From Christensenella sp. UBA1685 (lineage in GTDB: Bacteria; Bacillota; Clostridia; Christensenellales; CAG-138), in assembly GCA_002320595.1 (NCBI GenBank), contig DCKB01000003.1, positions 8,106 through 72,105 on the forward strand: a stretch of DNA of 64,000 bases. Direction: 5' to 3'. Of this stretch, positions 27,625 to 36,334 are shown one piece after another. The notes under the pieces were generated by a model. It was given only the letters and a program-made list of their open reading frames with translations, made no database searches and was not told where the DNA came from. The number at the start of each line of letters is the position of its first letter. The first letter of the stretch is position 1. Both the position numbers and the translations under genes were made by a program.

Positions 27625-29559
27625 TCAACCGGCAGGGATGATGTATGTCGCCCGAACCACATCGCCAAGCGTAGCGCCATCGGTATAACAAAGGTAAACT
27701 TCATCCGCGCGGTGGGAAACCGCAATGGAGGCATACGGCAGGTCCGCAATTGTGCGGCTTTCACCCGAGGCAACGTCGTATACCCAGAGGCGGTAGGGAT
27801 ATGCATCGTTCGCATCTCCCGTGCTTTCCGTCTCCTCTCCCGCGCTGCCGGACAGGCGATTTTCAATGTAGTAGAGCCTGCTTCCGTCATACGACCACAG
27901 GAAAGTATAGACGGAGAATTCATCCGTGATGGTGGTGAGCGCACCGTTATGCATATCGCGAATTCCGAAATGCGTTTCTCCGCCGCCTAACGCATCATCG
28001 CCCGATGCGCTGAAGGCCATATATCGTCCGTCGCCCGACAGGGCGAATGCGCTGCCCTCCATGTAACTGCGCCGCGTTCCTCCCTCCGGCTTGATGCGGT
28101 AGATCATTCCGCCGCCTTCAAGCGTGGTCTCACAGAAATACAGCTCCCCGTCAAAAAATGCAAGGCTTCCTTCATCCACGCCCTTTTTATCTACAACCGT
28201 GTGGCGTTTGCTTTCCGTCGGCACATTGAAATCATACTGGTGGATGGAGATTTCGCCGGAACCGCCGATGGAAAACACGCGCCCGCCCATGCTGTCCCAA
28301 ACATAAGCGCTGACCGTGTCGCCAAAGCCCATATCCGTGAGGTCCGTCAAAAGTTCCTTGGTGTCGAGATCGAATATGTACAGATGCGCGCTTTCCGCCG
28401 CACGTTCCAGCACCGCGAGCTTCCGCCCATCCGGCGAATATTTTACGGATTCTATGGTCTGAAATTCAAAAGAAAGCAATGGTTTGGATCCCCCGCCCAT
28501 GCTCTGCACGCAAAGCTGTTCGTATGTATAGGTTTCCGCCAAGCTGCCGCGCGTAATCCGCCTGCTGTAAAGGAACCCATCCCGTTGCGGCGTGACGGAA
28601 AGGAGCAACCCATCCGGGATGAGCGGCGTGAGCGCGGTTTCCTTGCCGTCAATGCGGGCAGGAAGCTGATCATAGGCGGCCATATACTCCATCGTTTCAT
28701 CATATGCGGGAAGCGCTCCATTCTTGAGTTTCACAACGCTCCAATCTGACGGCACCGCGCCGGGTTCCTCCGTGAGAATCCGCTCGCGCAGGCGTTCCGC
28801 CTCCGATTTTGCGGAAACCCCTTCGGAAATCAAGAGCACCGTGCTGTGGTCCGCCGCAAGGACCGGGGTCATTCCGCAGCCGCTCGAAAGCGTGCCCGCG
28901 CAATAGGCCTCAAATGCATTTGCCACGACATAGTAGCGCTCGTCCGCCGCAGCGTACTCATCGGCAACGATGTCAATCGCATCTGCGGCCGGCGTCTCCT
29001 GCGCTTCCGGCTCTGCCGCTTGCGCCGCGATGGGCCGCAGGAGGATTTCGATGCTCGTTTCATGTTCAACAACCTGAAAGGCGGCCTCTCCTGCCAACTG
29101 GAAATACAGCGTAAACGCCTCGCTGCCTTCAAATACCGTGCCAAAGCTGCCGAGCAGGAATTCGCTTGCGCTCAGGTCCAAATCGCGCAAATAATCCCAA
29201 TAGGTGATCGAATCAAACGACACCGCAAGCCGGGTTGGCTGCGGCAACAGTGTGACGGCATAGCGCGGTACGTTGGCAACCTCACGCTCGTCCGTCCCGC
29301 CGGACATGCGGCTGCCCCCGATAAACCCAAGGGTCAATCGTACATCGCCGTTTTCCTCCGCCGCACCGACGGCGTTGATGTTCGCGTTCAGCAGCGTTCC
29401 GCCGCCCGTGGCTTCCCCTTCCGTTTGGAATCCTTCAAAGGATTGAGGCGGCGGCGTTCCTTCTGATGCTTCGCGCGCACAGCCGGTGAAAGCTGCAAGA
29501 AAAAAGCATGCAGAAAGAATCAGTATCATTATTCCCTTTCCCTTTTGCGTAAGGCACAT
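27625..29559 (-). CDS. Large hypothetical lipoprotein with C-terminal TolB/PD40-like beta-propeller repeats
   Basis: Start placed at MCLTQKGKGIMILILSACFFLAAFTGC (SD AGGAG 7 nt upstream). Lipobox AAFTGC. Repeats YSPDGRKLAVL, LSGDGRYMAFS and WSYDGSRLYYI suggest a PD40 propeller. Confidence 0.65.
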   Translation of the reverse strand: MCLTQKGKGIMILILSACFFLAAFTGCAREASEGTPPPQSFEGFQTEGEATGGGTLLNANINAVGAAEENGDVRLTLGFIGGSRMSGGTDEREVANVPRYAVTLLPQPTRLAVSFDSITYWDYLRDLDLSASEFLLGSFGTVFEGSEAFTLYFQLAGEAAFQVVEHETSIEILLRPIAAQAAEPEAQETPAADAIDIVADEYAAADERYYVVANAFEAYCAGTLSSGCGMTPVLAADHSTVLLISEGVSAKSEAERLRERILTEEPGAVPSDWSVVKLKNGALPAYDETMEYMAAYDQLPARIDGKETALTPLIPDGLLLSVTPQRDGFLYSRRITRGSLAETYTYEQLCVQSMGGGSKPLLSFEFQTIESVKYSPDGRKLAVLERAAESAHLYIFDLDTKELLTDLTDMGFGDTVSAYVWDSMGGRVFSIGGSGEISIHQYDFNVPTESKRHTVVDKKGVDEGSLAFFDGELYFCETTLEGGGMIYRIKPEGGTRRSYMEGSAFALSGDGRYMAFSASGDDALGGGETHFGIRDMHNGALTTITDEFSVYTFLWSYDGSRLYYIENRLSGSAGEETESTGDANDAYPYRLWVYDVASGESRTIADLPYASIAVSHRADEVYLCYTDGATLGDVVRATYIIPAG

Positions 29560-29777
29560 AATCGTACTCCTGTTCGGCAAAAATCATAGTCCAAAGCGCG
29601 ATGGGCGTTTTTCGCCTGTTGTGATTATAGCATAAAACTGTGTATGCGAAAACGCTGCATATGCGTTTCGGCTTTATTTCATAGTTTGTTTCCAAATAAA
29701 AAGCGTAAAAGTGTTTTCACACCGGAGCAGATTTGCTATAATAAATTGATAATTCCTGTACAGGAGGTTTTTTCGAT

Positions 29778-31724
29778 ATGAAATGCAAGGTATGCGGCGC
29801 ATACAATGAGGATTACCTCGAATACTGCGAAAACTGCGCTGCTCCGCTTACGCCCGACGAGCCGGAGCCTGCGCCCGCCGAGGATTCCTACGTTGCCTCC
29901 ACAGGCGAAACGCCGCCAGCGTGGGGGTTTGTCCGCGCGCCGCAATGGCCGAAGCCTGAATTTGACGCCAACACCGTAAGCGAGGAAGATATTCCCGACA
30001 CCTATTCCTCCCGCTTCAACCCAAGGCCCGCACAATCCCAATCCCAGGCGGCTGTCCAACAGCCTGCGCCGCCCGTGCCGGGTGAGCGCGGTTACAGCAA
30101 CAATATGCGCGTGCACGCGCCGGTCAGGGAGCAGGCTCAGCCTACCCCCAGCGCGGCGGATACGCCGCGTCAGGCTGCTCCCGTTTCCGATTTTGATGAA
30201 GCTCCCGTGCGCCCTTATACGCCGCAGCGCAGCGCAGCCGCCACATGGGTGGCCAAGCAGGCGCCGGAGAGGAAGGCTGCCACACACGCGCGGCAGGCTC
30301 CCGTTGAAGCGGCGGCATCGGCTGGCGGATATGATGCGCTTGACGATTTTGAGTATGACGTCAAGCCTTCCCGCAGCAAGAAGCAAAAACGGGCCGCAGC
30401 AGGTTCCCGCAATTTGCTTTTCATCGCAGCAGTGGCGGTGCTCGTGGTGCTCATCGCTGTGTTTGCGATCATCTACTTAAACAAGAATTTCGATGGCAGT
30501 GTGGGCGCTTTCTTTGATTACGCCTTTGGTGGCAACCCATTCCCCAAGGCTGCGACCATCACTGCTGCACAAATGGACAATGGCGACCCAGCCTATATCG
30601 TTACGGTTTACTGCAAAAACAATTACACGGCCCGTTTCACCTCAGGAGTAACCGTGCGTGAGGATGTTGTTGGTGCGCAAGCCCGCAACTGCGTTGCCTG
30701 GCGCATTCCGGAAGATATTTTTGTGCCTGATGCGCCGATCGCCGAAAGCGAATTGCACATCAAGCCGAACGTCGTAGTCATCAGCCCAAATGGCGAAGAA
30801 ACGGCAGTGGAATTTGAGGACGAGATCGTAATCTCCATCCCGGCAATCGAGCTGAACGTGACGTCTCCTACCGTAAGCGACTTCACCACGGATACCGCCG
30901 TCGTTCCCATTACGGGTACGGTCAGCGACAATACGGCGGCTGTGTACGTGAACGAGACGCAGGTGCCCATTGATGAATCGGGCAATTTCAATACATCCTA
31001 TACGCTGCCTGAAAGCGGTGCTTATGCAGTCACGGTCGAAGCGCGTAAGAACCGCTATCAGACCGCCTCGCAAACCTTTAACATCACCTTTGGCACGGGC
31101 ACATCCGGGGATCCCGAAGGGACCGGCGCCACAACGCCCGGCACCGTTGAGGGCAATGTGACGTTTGCCGTAAACGATTCCGTTGTGCGGTATGCCACCA
31201 CTTCCACCATGACCGTTTCCGGCACCATGGAAGCAGGCGCGGTGATCTCCGTTTCGGGCGTTGAACTGGAAGGGGATGTGACGCAGGACGCTGCTGCCGG
31301 CACATTCAGCTTTACGGTAAAAACGGAAAGCGTCGGACTGTATGCTGCCGTCATCACCGCCACCAAGGACAATGCGGCAAAATCCAGCACGCTCTACTTG
31401 GAGCACCGCCCGGATAAAGACAGCTACATGGGCGCCGTTCATGTGCTTGACTACGATCGCATTAAGAATTATCCCGAACATAAACAAGGCTACAAGGTTG
31501 TGGGAAAAGTGGTTGAAGTTTACCAGTCCGCGCCGTTTGTAACCGCCCGCATTCAGACCAGTTCCGGGGATATTGTGTTCAATTATTACAGCGGTGTGTC
31601 CGAAATCGCCGTTGGCGACGGCAAAACGTATAACCTCTATGCGGATCCCGCAGGCACATACACCCTTGCTGACGGCTCCACTCTGCCGCTCATGCATGCA
31701 TGGTATATCCTGAAAGACGGTTAA
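29778..31724 (+). CDS. Hypothetical zinc-ribbon / Pro-rich / single-TM / Ig-like-repeat envelope protein
   Basis: 648 aa. N-terminal KCKVCGAYNEDYLEYCENCAAPL zinc ribbon, about 190 aa of P/A/Q-rich low complexity, TM LLFIAAVAVLVVLIAVFAIIYL, then a T/V/S-rich beta-type ectodomain with two similar ~50-aa segments. SD CAGGAGG. Confidence 0.65.
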   Translation: MKCKVCGAYNEDYLEYCENCAAPLTPDEPEPAPAEDSYVASTGETPPAWGFVRAPQWPKPEFDANTVSEEDIPDTYSSRFNPRPAQSQSQAAVQQPAPPVPGERGYSNNMRVHAPVREQAQPTPSAADTPRQAAPVSDFDEAPVRPYTPQRSAAATWVAKQAPERKAATHARQAPVEAAASAGGYDALDDFEYDVKPSRSKKQKRAAAGSRNLLFIAAVAVLVVLIAVFAIIYLNKNFDGSVGAFFDYAFGGNPFPKAATITAAQMDNGDPAYIVTVYCKNNYTARFTSGVTVREDVVGAQARNCVAWRIPEDIFVPDAPIAESELHIKPNVVVISPNGEETAVEFEDEIVISIPAIELNVTSPTVSDFTTDTAVVPITGTVSDNTAAVYVNETQVPIDESGNFNTSYTLPESGAYAVTVEARKNRYQTASQTFNITFGTGTSGDPEGTGATTPGTVEGNVTFAVNDSVVRYATTSTMTVSGTMEAGAVISVSGVELEGDVTQDAAAGTFSFTVKTESVGLYAAVITATKDNAAKSSTLYLEHRPDKDSYMGAVHVLDYDRIKNYPEHKQGYKVVGKVVEVYQSAPFVTARIQTSSGDIVFNYYSGVSEIAVGDGKTYNLYADPAGTYTLADGSTLPLMHAWYILKDG

Positions 31725-31760
31725 ACCCTCCTGCATTTTAAGCCAAAACAGCTGCTTAGC

Positions 31761-31782
31761 GGGCGGATGCATGCATCCGCCC
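31761..31782. terminator. GC-rich palindromic hairpin downstream of the 29778-31724 gene
   Basis: gggcggatgcatgcatccgccc is a perfect palindrome. There is no clear U-tract. Confidence 0.4.
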
Positions 31783-32010
31783 CTCTGCTGTCAAAAGGCC
31801 GAAACTTCAGCGCTCCGTCCCGATTTGGCGGTTTCGCCTGGCAAGCGCATGAATACGTTTTACGCAGCAAAGGTTTACCCGCACGTGTTTTTTATTATAT
31901 GAAGCCTGCGGTGAAAGCAACATATGGAAAATCCCGAAAAGTGAAAAATTGTTTTTCGACAGCTTTAAAACGGAAAGGAACACCCTGTCTTAGGGTATGG
32001 TTGATTGTGC

Positions 32011-32283
32011 ATGAAAATCTGGGCTGCAATTCGTACGGACGGCAAAATCCAGCAGGACATCGTAATGGAATTCAGCGATCTGTCCCAAGCGCGCGTTGAA
32101 GATTGGGGGCCGATTATCGGTGAGCTCTGCCACGCGCTTGATCTCGCGCGCCCCGTGCTGCTGAAAAAGCACCTTCATGACCTTGTGCTTTTTTTGCATA
32201 CCGCATTCACGGCTGCTGATTTCATGGAGCCCATTGCGTTTGACAAGCTAACAGTAGAAATTTTTCCGGAGAAAAAGAAATAA
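32011..32283 (+). CDS. Hypothetical small protein (90 aa)
   Basis: ORF MKIWAAIRTDGKIQQDIVMEF...FPEKKK. Protein-like composition, weak SD, no motif recognised. Confidence 0.4.
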   Translation: MKIWAAIRTDGKIQQDIVMEFSDLSQARVEDWGPIIGELCHALDLARPVLLKKHLHDLVLFLHTAFTAADFMEPIAFDKLTVEIFPEKKK

Positions 32284-32350
32284 GCATCGTAAAAATGAAG
32301 CAGGCCGGGGGTTCCGTTCAACCCCCCGGCCTGCTTCATTTTTGCTGCGC

Positions 32351-33601
32351 TTACGCTTTGGCGTTCGCCCTTGCTTCCATCCTGGCCTTTTTGGCACGTT
32401 CCAATTTCGATATCCAGATGGCGCAGGTTGCGTCGCCTGTAATGTTCAGCGTTGTCCGCCCCATATCAAAGAGCTTATCTACGCCCGCAATGATGGCAAT
32501 GCCTTCCACCGGAATGCCAATGGATGTTAAAACCATCGCAAGCATAATCATGCCTGCGCCGGAAACGCCCGCCGTACCGACGGATGCAAGCGTAGCCGTC
32601 AGCACAACCATCGCCATGTCGGCAAGGGTCAGGTCAATATTGTAGCAGGCTGCGATAAAGATTGTTGCAACGGCCTGATAAATTGCGGTGCCGTCCATAT
32701 TGATGGTAGCGCCCAGCGGTAGGACGAAAGAGCTGATTTCCGGCTCAGCGCCCATATTGTTGCAGCATTCGATGTTCAGCGGAAGCGTTGCGTTGGAAGA
32801 AGTCGTGGTGAACGCGCATATCATCGCAGGCGCCAACCCTTTGAAAAAAGCGATGGGGCTCATCCCGCTCAGGAATTTTATGCTGCTTCCGTATACCACA
32901 GCCACATGGATGATATAAGCGAGATATGCAACGCCGATCACTAGCGCAAGTGTGCCCACAATTTCCGGGCCGTTCACTGCCACCACATTTGCCATAAGGC
33001 AAAATACGCCAATCGGAGTAATCTTAATGATCATCATCATGATTTTCATGACGACCTCGTTCATGCAATTCACGATTTCACCGATTTTCTCCCCCTTTTT
33101 GCCAGCAGCCAAAATGCCTGCGCCAACGAAAATCGCAATCACAATCACAGGAAGCATGTTCGCGCTGACCATCGGCGCAAGGATGTTGTCGGGGAAAATG
33201 TCAACAATGACCTGCATCATGCTGGGCGCTTCCTTTGCCGCATACTCAAGCTCCGCAAGCTCGGCGCTGGGCAGAGGCGGGAAAAGCCCTTTGAAGGCGG
33301 ATGCAAGTGCAAGGCCGATTACAACCGCAACCGCAGTCGTAATCATATAATAAACAAATGTTTTGATGCCAACGCTGCCAACGCGTTTGAGATCTTTCAG
33401 GGAAATGACGCCATCCGTAATCGAAAACAGAACGACCGGGACAACCAGGAATTTCAAAAGGTTAATGTAAATCGTGCCGATGGGTTTGAGGTAGTTGGTT
33501 GTGAAATCCGGATTTTTCAAAAAGCACAGGCCCGCCAGGATACCGGCAAGCATGCCTATGAAAATCCATACGGGCAAAGACAATTTCTTCGCTGGCTTCA
33601 T
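32351..33601 (-). CDS. Dicarboxylate/amino acid:cation symporter (DAACS / sodium:dicarboxylate symporter family)
   Basis: 416 aa polytopic. N-terminus LPVWIFIGMLAGILAGL and C-terminal MGRTTLNITGD are typical of the GltP/SstT-type family. SD GAAGGAGG. Confidence 0.85.
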   Translation of the reverse strand: MKPAKKLSLPVWIFIGMLAGILAGLCFLKNPDFTTNYLKPIGTIYINLLKFLVVPVVLFSITDGVISLKDLKRVGSVGIKTFVYYMITTAVAVVIGLALASAFKGLFPPLPSAELAELEYAAKEAPSMMQVIVDIFPDNILAPMVSANMLPVIVIAIFVGAGILAAGKKGEKIGEIVNCMNEVVMKIMMMIIKITPIGVFCLMANVVAVNGPEIVGTLALVIGVAYLAYIIHVAVVYGSSIKFLSGMSPIAFFKGLAPAMICAFTTTSSNATLPLNIECCNNMGAEPEISSFVLPLGATINMDGTAIYQAVATIFIAACYNIDLTLADMAMVVLTATLASVGTAGVSGAGMIMLAMVLTSIGIPVEGIAIIAGVDKLFDMGRTTLNITGDATCAIWISKLERAKKARMEARANAKA

Positions 33602-33636
33602 AGATGTACCTCCTTCAATTGTAGATGTGATGTTTC

Positions 33637-33665
33637 ATTTTAGCATGGGATCGCTCTCCTGTACA
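33637..33665 (-). promoter_or_regulatory. Promoter for the DAACS transporter (-35 TGTACA, 17 nt, extended -10 TGcTAAAAT)
   Basis: Minus strand reads TGTACAggagagcgatcccatgcTAAAAT, about 35 nt upstream of the ATG. Confidence 0.45.
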
Positions 33666-33690
33666 TGTCGTTTTTTATTTTATTAACGCA

Positions 33691-33733
33691 TATTCCGTTA
33701 ATAAACGTTTATATAATATTTAAATATTCCGTT
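33691..33733. repeat. Two direct copies of TATTCCGTT (34 bp apart) in an AT-rich divergent control region
   Basis: Copies at 33691-33699 and 33725-33733, each flanked by ATT/TAA-rich sequence and GCATATT motifs. They lie upstream of the -35 of the transporter promoter. Confidence 0.5.
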
Positions 33734-33993
33734 TATCATTAATGCATATTAAATTATATTCTTGTTTCTTTCCGGTTTTTGTCTGGTTTGCATTGAATTA
33801 TCGCAATGAATTACAGGCTTTTTTATCGCTGGCCTCACTCCTTTTTTTCCTTTCAAAGCAAATGTTTTCGAAAAATTGCCTTTCAAATTATTTAGCGATA
33901 TTTTAGCGAGCATATCCTTTTTCAAATTTCTGCATAACAGCGTGTTTTGCTGCGCAAGCTATCCACATCACGAAAAAGGAGAAGGAAAACACC

Positions 33994-34206
33994 ATGGATA
34001 CACTTGCGCTTATTCTCGTCATCATCGGCGCGCTGAACTGGGGTATGGTCGGCCTGTTCCAGTTCGATCTCATCGCCAGCATTTTCGGCGGCATGAGCAC
34101 CGTCGTATCGCGCATCATCTATACGATCGTGGGCCTGGCAGGAATCTGGGGCATCTCCATCCTGTTCCGCCGCGATGGCATCCGTCATTCCGACGAGAAC
34201 GAATAA
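33994..34206 (+). CDS. DUF378 family membrane protein
   Basis: 70 aa, LILVIIGALNWGMVGLFQFDLIASIFGG signature of DUF378. Strong SD AAAGGAGAAGG. Confidence 0.8.
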   Translation: MDTLALILVIIGALNWGMVGLFQFDLIASIFGGMSTVVSRIIYTIVGLAGIWGISILFRRDGIRHSDENE

Positions 34207-34214
34207 CGGCTGAA

Positions 34215-34260
34215 ACAAAAACGGGCTTTCGCGCAGATTGGCGAAAGCCCGTTTTTGTTT
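34215..34260. terminator. Bidirectional rho-independent terminator
   Basis: aaacgggctttcgc-gcagattg-gcgaaagcccgttt with A-run and T-run flanks, between convergent genes. Confidence 0.8.
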
Positions 34261-34264
34261 CTTC

Positions 34265-35491
34265 TTATTCCGCTTCATCCGCTAACGCGCGCACATAATC
34301 AAGCGCAGCCCAAAGCTGTGCATCATCGTCCTGCTCAATTTGATCGATTGCAAGGCCTTTAAGCTCTTCCGGCAGGTCGATCTCAATATCCGGAGTGACG
34401 CCAACCCCGTCGATATTCGCGCCGTTTGGCGTATAGTACGCATCGCTCGTAAGCTTGAGCCATGCGCGGTTGCCCTCAATTTGCTTCGTTGTTTGCACAA
34501 CGCCTTTTCCATAGGTTGTCATGCCCACAACTGCTCCGGCCTGAAAGTCCTGCACAGCCGCAGCGAGAATCTCGCTTGCGGATGCCGAGTTTTCATTCAC
34601 GATAACCGCAATGGGCACTTTTACCCCTTTCGCGTTCGATTTATAAACCTCCCCTTCGGACTCCGTTCGCCCGCGTACGCTCACAATCGTTCCTTCGCCA
34701 AGAAGCGTATCCGCAATACTCACCACATCCAAAAGGGAACCGCCCGGGTTATTGCGCAGGTCAATCACAAGGGAACGCATTCCGCGATCCGTAAGGTCCT
34801 TGATTGCTTCGCTGAATTCCGTAGCGCAGTTGCCCGTAAACATGCTGATGCGAATGTATCCCGTACGCTGATTAAACAGCGCGCTTGTGACACGGCTGAG
34901 GTTGAGCGCCGCGCAGGCAATCTGCAGTTCAAGCGTTTCCTCCCCCCGTTTGAGCGTAAGCGCAACGCTTTCCCCCACCTCGCGGTCAATTGCCGCCGCA
35001 AGCTCATCCAGCAGCATGCCGCCAATGCTCACGCCATCCACGGCAACAATCCTGTCACCCGGCTGAACACCGGCTTGGGCCGCAGGTGTTTCGTCATAAA
35101 CATCCAGCACCAGCGCGCCTTCCGCATCCGGCTGGCCGATGAGAATGCCTATGCCGTTATATTGCCCGTTGATGTTAGAAAGATATGCCTCATATTCCTC
35201 CGCTGTGTAATATGCCGCATAAGGGTCATCCAGAGCGGCTACAATGCCTTTTGCCGCCGCATCAAGCAACGCATCCCGGCTCGGCGGTTCCTTCAATGAA
35301 TCGTTTTGCAGCCGGTTGATCATCTCATCCAAAAACAGCAGGTCGCTGATCCCCGCGTATTCCTCTGCCGAAAGGACAACCACATCCTCCCGCTCCTTGT
35401 TCAGAACCGACACCGTTATGCCGGCGGTTACGCTCGCCGTAACGAGAATGACCGCCAGAAAATATAAGATTGTCCTTAACCAGGACTTCAT
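34265..35491 (-). CDS. S41 family C-terminal processing peptidase (Ctp)
   Basis: Start trimmed to MKSWLRTILYFLAVILV (signal anchor). PDZ region (GDRIVAVDG) and the catalytic region DLRNNPGGSL...NENSASASE of tail-specific proteases. Confidence 0.85.
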   Translation of the reverse strand: MKSWLRTILYFLAVILVTASVTAGITVSVLNKEREDVVVLSAEEYAGISDLLFLDEMINRLQNDSLKEPPSRDALLDAAAKGIVAALDDPYAAYYTAEEYEAYLSNINGQYNGIGILIGQPDAEGALVLDVYDETPAAQAGVQPGDRIVAVDGVSIGGMLLDELAAAIDREVGESVALTLKRGEETLELQIACAALNLSRVTSALFNQRTGYIRISMFTGNCATEFSEAIKDLTDRGMRSLVIDLRNNPGGSLLDVVSIADTLLGEGTIVSVRGRTESEGEVYKSNAKGVKVPIAVIVNENSASASEILAAAVQDFQAGAVVGMTTYGKGVVQTTKQIEGNRAWLKLTSDAYYTPNGANIDGVGVTPDIEIDLPEELKGLAIDQIEQDDDAQLWAALDYVRALADEAE

Positions 35492-35573
35492 ATGGTTCAA
35501 CCTCCATGCCAGTCGGGCAAAGCCTTCCTGATTCTTATGTCCATGTCCCCCATGGTATGAATAATTAAGGCTT

Positions 35574-35602
35574 ATTTTACCAAACCAAAGCCCATTCGTC
35601 AA
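35574..35602 (-). promoter_or_regulatory. Sigma-A-type promoter for the S41 peptidase (-35 TTGACG, 17 nt, -10 TAAAAT)
   Basis: Minus strand reads TTGACGaatgggctttggtttggTAAAAT. Confidence 0.5.
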
Positions 35603-35690
35603 ATAAACGAATTGTGTCCACCACTTTCTTCCATTTCGTGCAGCAAAGCACATATAAAAGCGCCACGTACGCACACGTTTCGACAAAAGC

Positions 35691-35732
35691 AGGCATAAAA
35701 AAGCGGACGCAGAGCGTCCGCTTTTTATGCCT
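35691..35732. terminator. Long hairpin terminator after the P-loop mini-gene
   Basis: aggcataaaaaagcggacgc-aga-gcgtccgctttttatgcct is a near-perfect 19-bp stem with internal A/T runs. Confidence 0.75.
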
Positions 35733-35746
35733 GCAGCTTTATTGAT

Positions 35747-36157
35747 TTATACCATGTAGGGCTTAATGAACTCCGGCGCATCCGCCGCGTTGCCGCTGAT
35801 GCTGATGATCAGTTTGACATCGGTGCGATCAGAAAACTTTTCCAACTCGGTGAAAAGCCCTTCGAGCGTTTCGAGGGGGTGGTGCACAATCTTCAGGAAG
35901 CCGTCGATAAAAAGATATTCAAGATCAAAATCCTGTGCCGCAATGCCGGAAAGGAACCCATAGAACATCTTGGGGCCGTCGATGTGGAACTCGGATGCAT
36001 CCACAAAGCGGATGCTGTGCTTGAGCTCAAACATGTACTGGTTGTCGTCATCGATAAACACAATGCTGCCCTTTGCGGTCTTGATCGACTCGTTCGCCAT
36101 GTCGATGATTCGCTTCGTCTTGCCCGCACCCTTTTCGCCGAAAATCACACGTATCAA
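35747..36157 (-). CDS. Hypothetical 136-aa P-loop NTPase/kinase-like mini-protein
   Basis: TTG start chosen (SD GGAGGG 8 nt upstream): MIRVIFGEKGAGKTKRII... Walker A GEKGAGKT at residues 7-14 and IVFIDDD at 32-38. No other domain. The longer track ORF adds an unlikely N-terminal extension. Confidence 0.6.
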   Translation of the reverse strand: MIRVIFGEKGAGKTKRIIDMANESIKTAKGSIVFIDDDNQYMFELKHSIRFVDASEFHIDGPKMFYGFLSGIAAQDFDLEYLFIDGFLKIVHHPLETLEGLFTELEKFSDRTDVKLIISISGNAADAPEFIKPYMV

Positions 36158-36334
36158 GGTAAAAGCCCTCCTTCCGCGCCGAAGCGCTTCACGTAAATCT
36201 GATATGTTTATTATAACCTTTTTACACAGTCGGGGGCAACCCTTATTTCGTGGCAAAAGTGTGAAAGCATGATTGCATGCGACGCTTGCATCGCGTATAA
36301 TGAAAAAATGATTTTTCTTAAAGGAACAACCGAT

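Noticed and set aside
30642-31772. 376-aa minus-strand ORF
   Set aside because: Antisense to the C-terminal half of the 648-aa envelope protein. The plus frame is continuous from an SD-preceded ATG through a TM helix. The minus product is G/R/H-rich without signals.
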